Positions 61,912 through 64,000 of a stretch of DNA of 64,000 nucleotides are shown piece after piece (position 1 is the first letter of the stretch; each line of letters begins with the position of its first letter). The position numbers were made by a program, and so were the translations under genes. Below the pieces are notes generated by a model, which was not told where the DNA came from, did not search any database, and saw nothing but the letters and a program-made list of their open reading frames with translations. The stretch lies in assembly GCA_030390025.1 (NCBI GenBank), contig CM059425.1, positions 168,146,001 to 168,210,000 on the forward strand. The letters are read 5' to 3'. This DNA comes from Squalus acanthias. Lineage: Eukaryota.

Positions 61912-64000
61912 ATTATATTGTTTTATAACTAACAAGCTTTAACAATTGCTGAAAATCTCAATAATTGCAACAGGAGAAAGGACAAAGGATGTTGGTCTCA
62001 GCTGGGGATGAGGGCTGCTGTTATAGGACCATCCTAAAATAAAGTGGGATTATATCCTATAGTATATTGGTGAAGTGGTATAGTTAGTGTATAAAAATAA
62101 CATCTACAAAACAGATTGTGAATAATGTAAGAAAAGTCAAGGATGAGTAAAGAACATTTGGCTCCTTGAAGCTTATTCCCCAATCCCCTAACACACTCAT
62201 TACAACATTGAGTTGCATTTTTGAACATTTTTGCCTCAACTCCCTGCTTGACAAACAATTCATAATATTAATTACTGTTTGAGCACCAAAGCACATTCAT
62301 TTTCATTAGAATACAATGGGAATGTTGGTGGAATGGGGAGTTATAATCATGTGTAAACATATAATGTAATGACAATGAGAAACACCCTTATACCATGGTT
62401 CAGTTTTTAAAAACCTGTCGTTTAATACCTGTTGGCTCATCTTAGTTGGCCCTACTTAACCAACTAATATGGCTGTGTGACCACAAGACTGCTATAACTG
62501 TCCTCACACAGCAATGTTACACATGAATCACTTCAGCCAGTTTATCACAGACAGCGCTTCCTTCCTCAACACTATGAAGTAGAACTAAGAGAAGCCACAG
62601 AGCTAGCTACCTTCACAGTATGGTCAAAATAAAATCAGCTCAGTACATTACTGTTTTTGTGTCCAACATTCCACCATAATCTTCAAAGGGTTCAACCCAG
62701 CAGCCTCTTCCTTTCAACCAAATCAGCACGGACACTTCCTGCAGTTCTAAATGTTTGCTTTCTAACAGCCATTCTCCAGAAATGTGCACTTTGTACTGAG
62801 ATAATACTTAATTAAAGCTATGCTATTAAAGCCATTTCAATTTTTTGATCTTTTGTCATGTACTAAACCTTTCACACTTACCAATCTATTCTCAAGGTGT
62901 GCAACACATTGATGTTCAATGAAAAGGTTGTTCCATCCTGTCAAGCTGGGAGCAGACAATCACACATCACAGCAAGGCTCAAATATATGAAGAATGTATG
63001 TAAAATACATAATAAAATTAATATATTTGTAAGTATGTCAAAATGTCAGCCAGTACTCTCCATCACGCCATGGATCCACTGCCCCCGCAAGATCCCTCAG
63101 GCCTGTCACATACACCTCAGTCCAAGACTCTAAGAAGCTCTCTCCATTGAAGGTGCACACTGTAATATCAGTTTGAGGATGAGAATTTAGGCAGGTTCCC
63201 TTAGCACCTGTAGGTGTATCAATAGCTGGTTTTAGATTGGTTTTGTGCCATTGGCTTCTGGCATACAGCTCTCACACAGCTGACATCAACCCTCAAGTAA
63301 ACTTTGGGAACACTTGTCAAAAAAAAATGAAATTGTTTTCAAGCACAAGAAATCTAATTGTTTCCCTGTGTCATTCTATGATTATTACACACCCTAACAA
63401 CAAGAACAGAAGTACCAAGACTGCAATGTAGGGAAGATCAGGTTCATTTTCAATGAAACCAACAGGTGTCTAGTATGGTCATGGTTCCTAGAGTACCTCA
63501 TGCAATAATCAAATTGCAAGTTGAAAATCAGTAGCTCTTTGCCTGGTGTAATGGTAATGGTTTATTCCTTTTTCCCTTCCCCTTTCCCTTCTGTGGCAAC
63601 ACACTTTAGTATGAAGGCAACCCCTGTGCTGTTTGTCATACTTATGATGATCCATCGCTGGTAAAATCTGCAGGATACAAATTCTGCGGCGGTGGCCAGA
63701 AGCCAGAGCAATCTGAAGAAGTTGGACAAGAGGTTTTTATTTGATGTCTCCCCAACAGAAGCCCTGATCTGGAAAGTAGTTTGATCCCTCTGGGATCAAT
63801 TATCAGTTGTTTCCTCGGTGGTGGGGCCTACACTAGGCCCAAAACAAAACTCTGCTCTCAGCATAGAGCTCTCAGGTCTCTGGACCTATCAGAGGCACAT
63901 CTGGCAGGATTCTCAGGGTGGCGGGGAAATGCTGCCAGGCACCCCCCAAACCACTGCCAGAATATAAGCGGAGAATGCAGAAGAAGCACATCCCCTTCTG

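Noticed and set aside
63600..64000. Possible coding or LINE remnant at the window end
   Set aside because: No ORF of 60 aa or more and no motif I can assign.
1..64000. CRISPR array or prokaryotic operon/defence system
   Set aside because: No regularly spaced repeats and no bacterial gene organisation; the RT ORFs are all eukaryotic non-LTR retrotransposons.

Overview
Eukaryotic DNA, densely packed with transposable elements and almost certainly from a cartilaginous fish (shark-type): it carries HE1-like V-SINEs, SacSINE1/Deu-domain SINEs and many CR1 LINEs. No host protein-coding gene can be called with confidence; there are only weak exon candidates, so this is probably a large intron or intergenic DNA. 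Contents: many CR1 pieces, including a near-complete copy at 29138-33340 whose ORF2 is intact apart from one MITE; L2, Tx1 and Penelope-like fragments; a solo LTR; hAT MITEs; and a diverse PIF/Harbinger population (deleted elements with a spliced Myb/SANT gene and HARBI1-like transposase pieces, plus many MITEs). The most interesting signals are: (1) an in-frame U_UUA_AAC slippery heptamer that joins CR1 ORF1 to ORF2 in the -1 frame; (2) a minimal hammerhead-ribozyme motif in a TSD-bounded Penelope insert; (3) one CR1 carrying four separate insertions, including a solo LTR with a CTCF-like motif; (4) a MITE family whose long internal hairpin has a length-variable microsatellite as its loop; (5) short distal direct repeats beside retroelement junctions. 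All family names come from motif recognition by eye, not from database searches. Boundaries of degraded elements are approximate.
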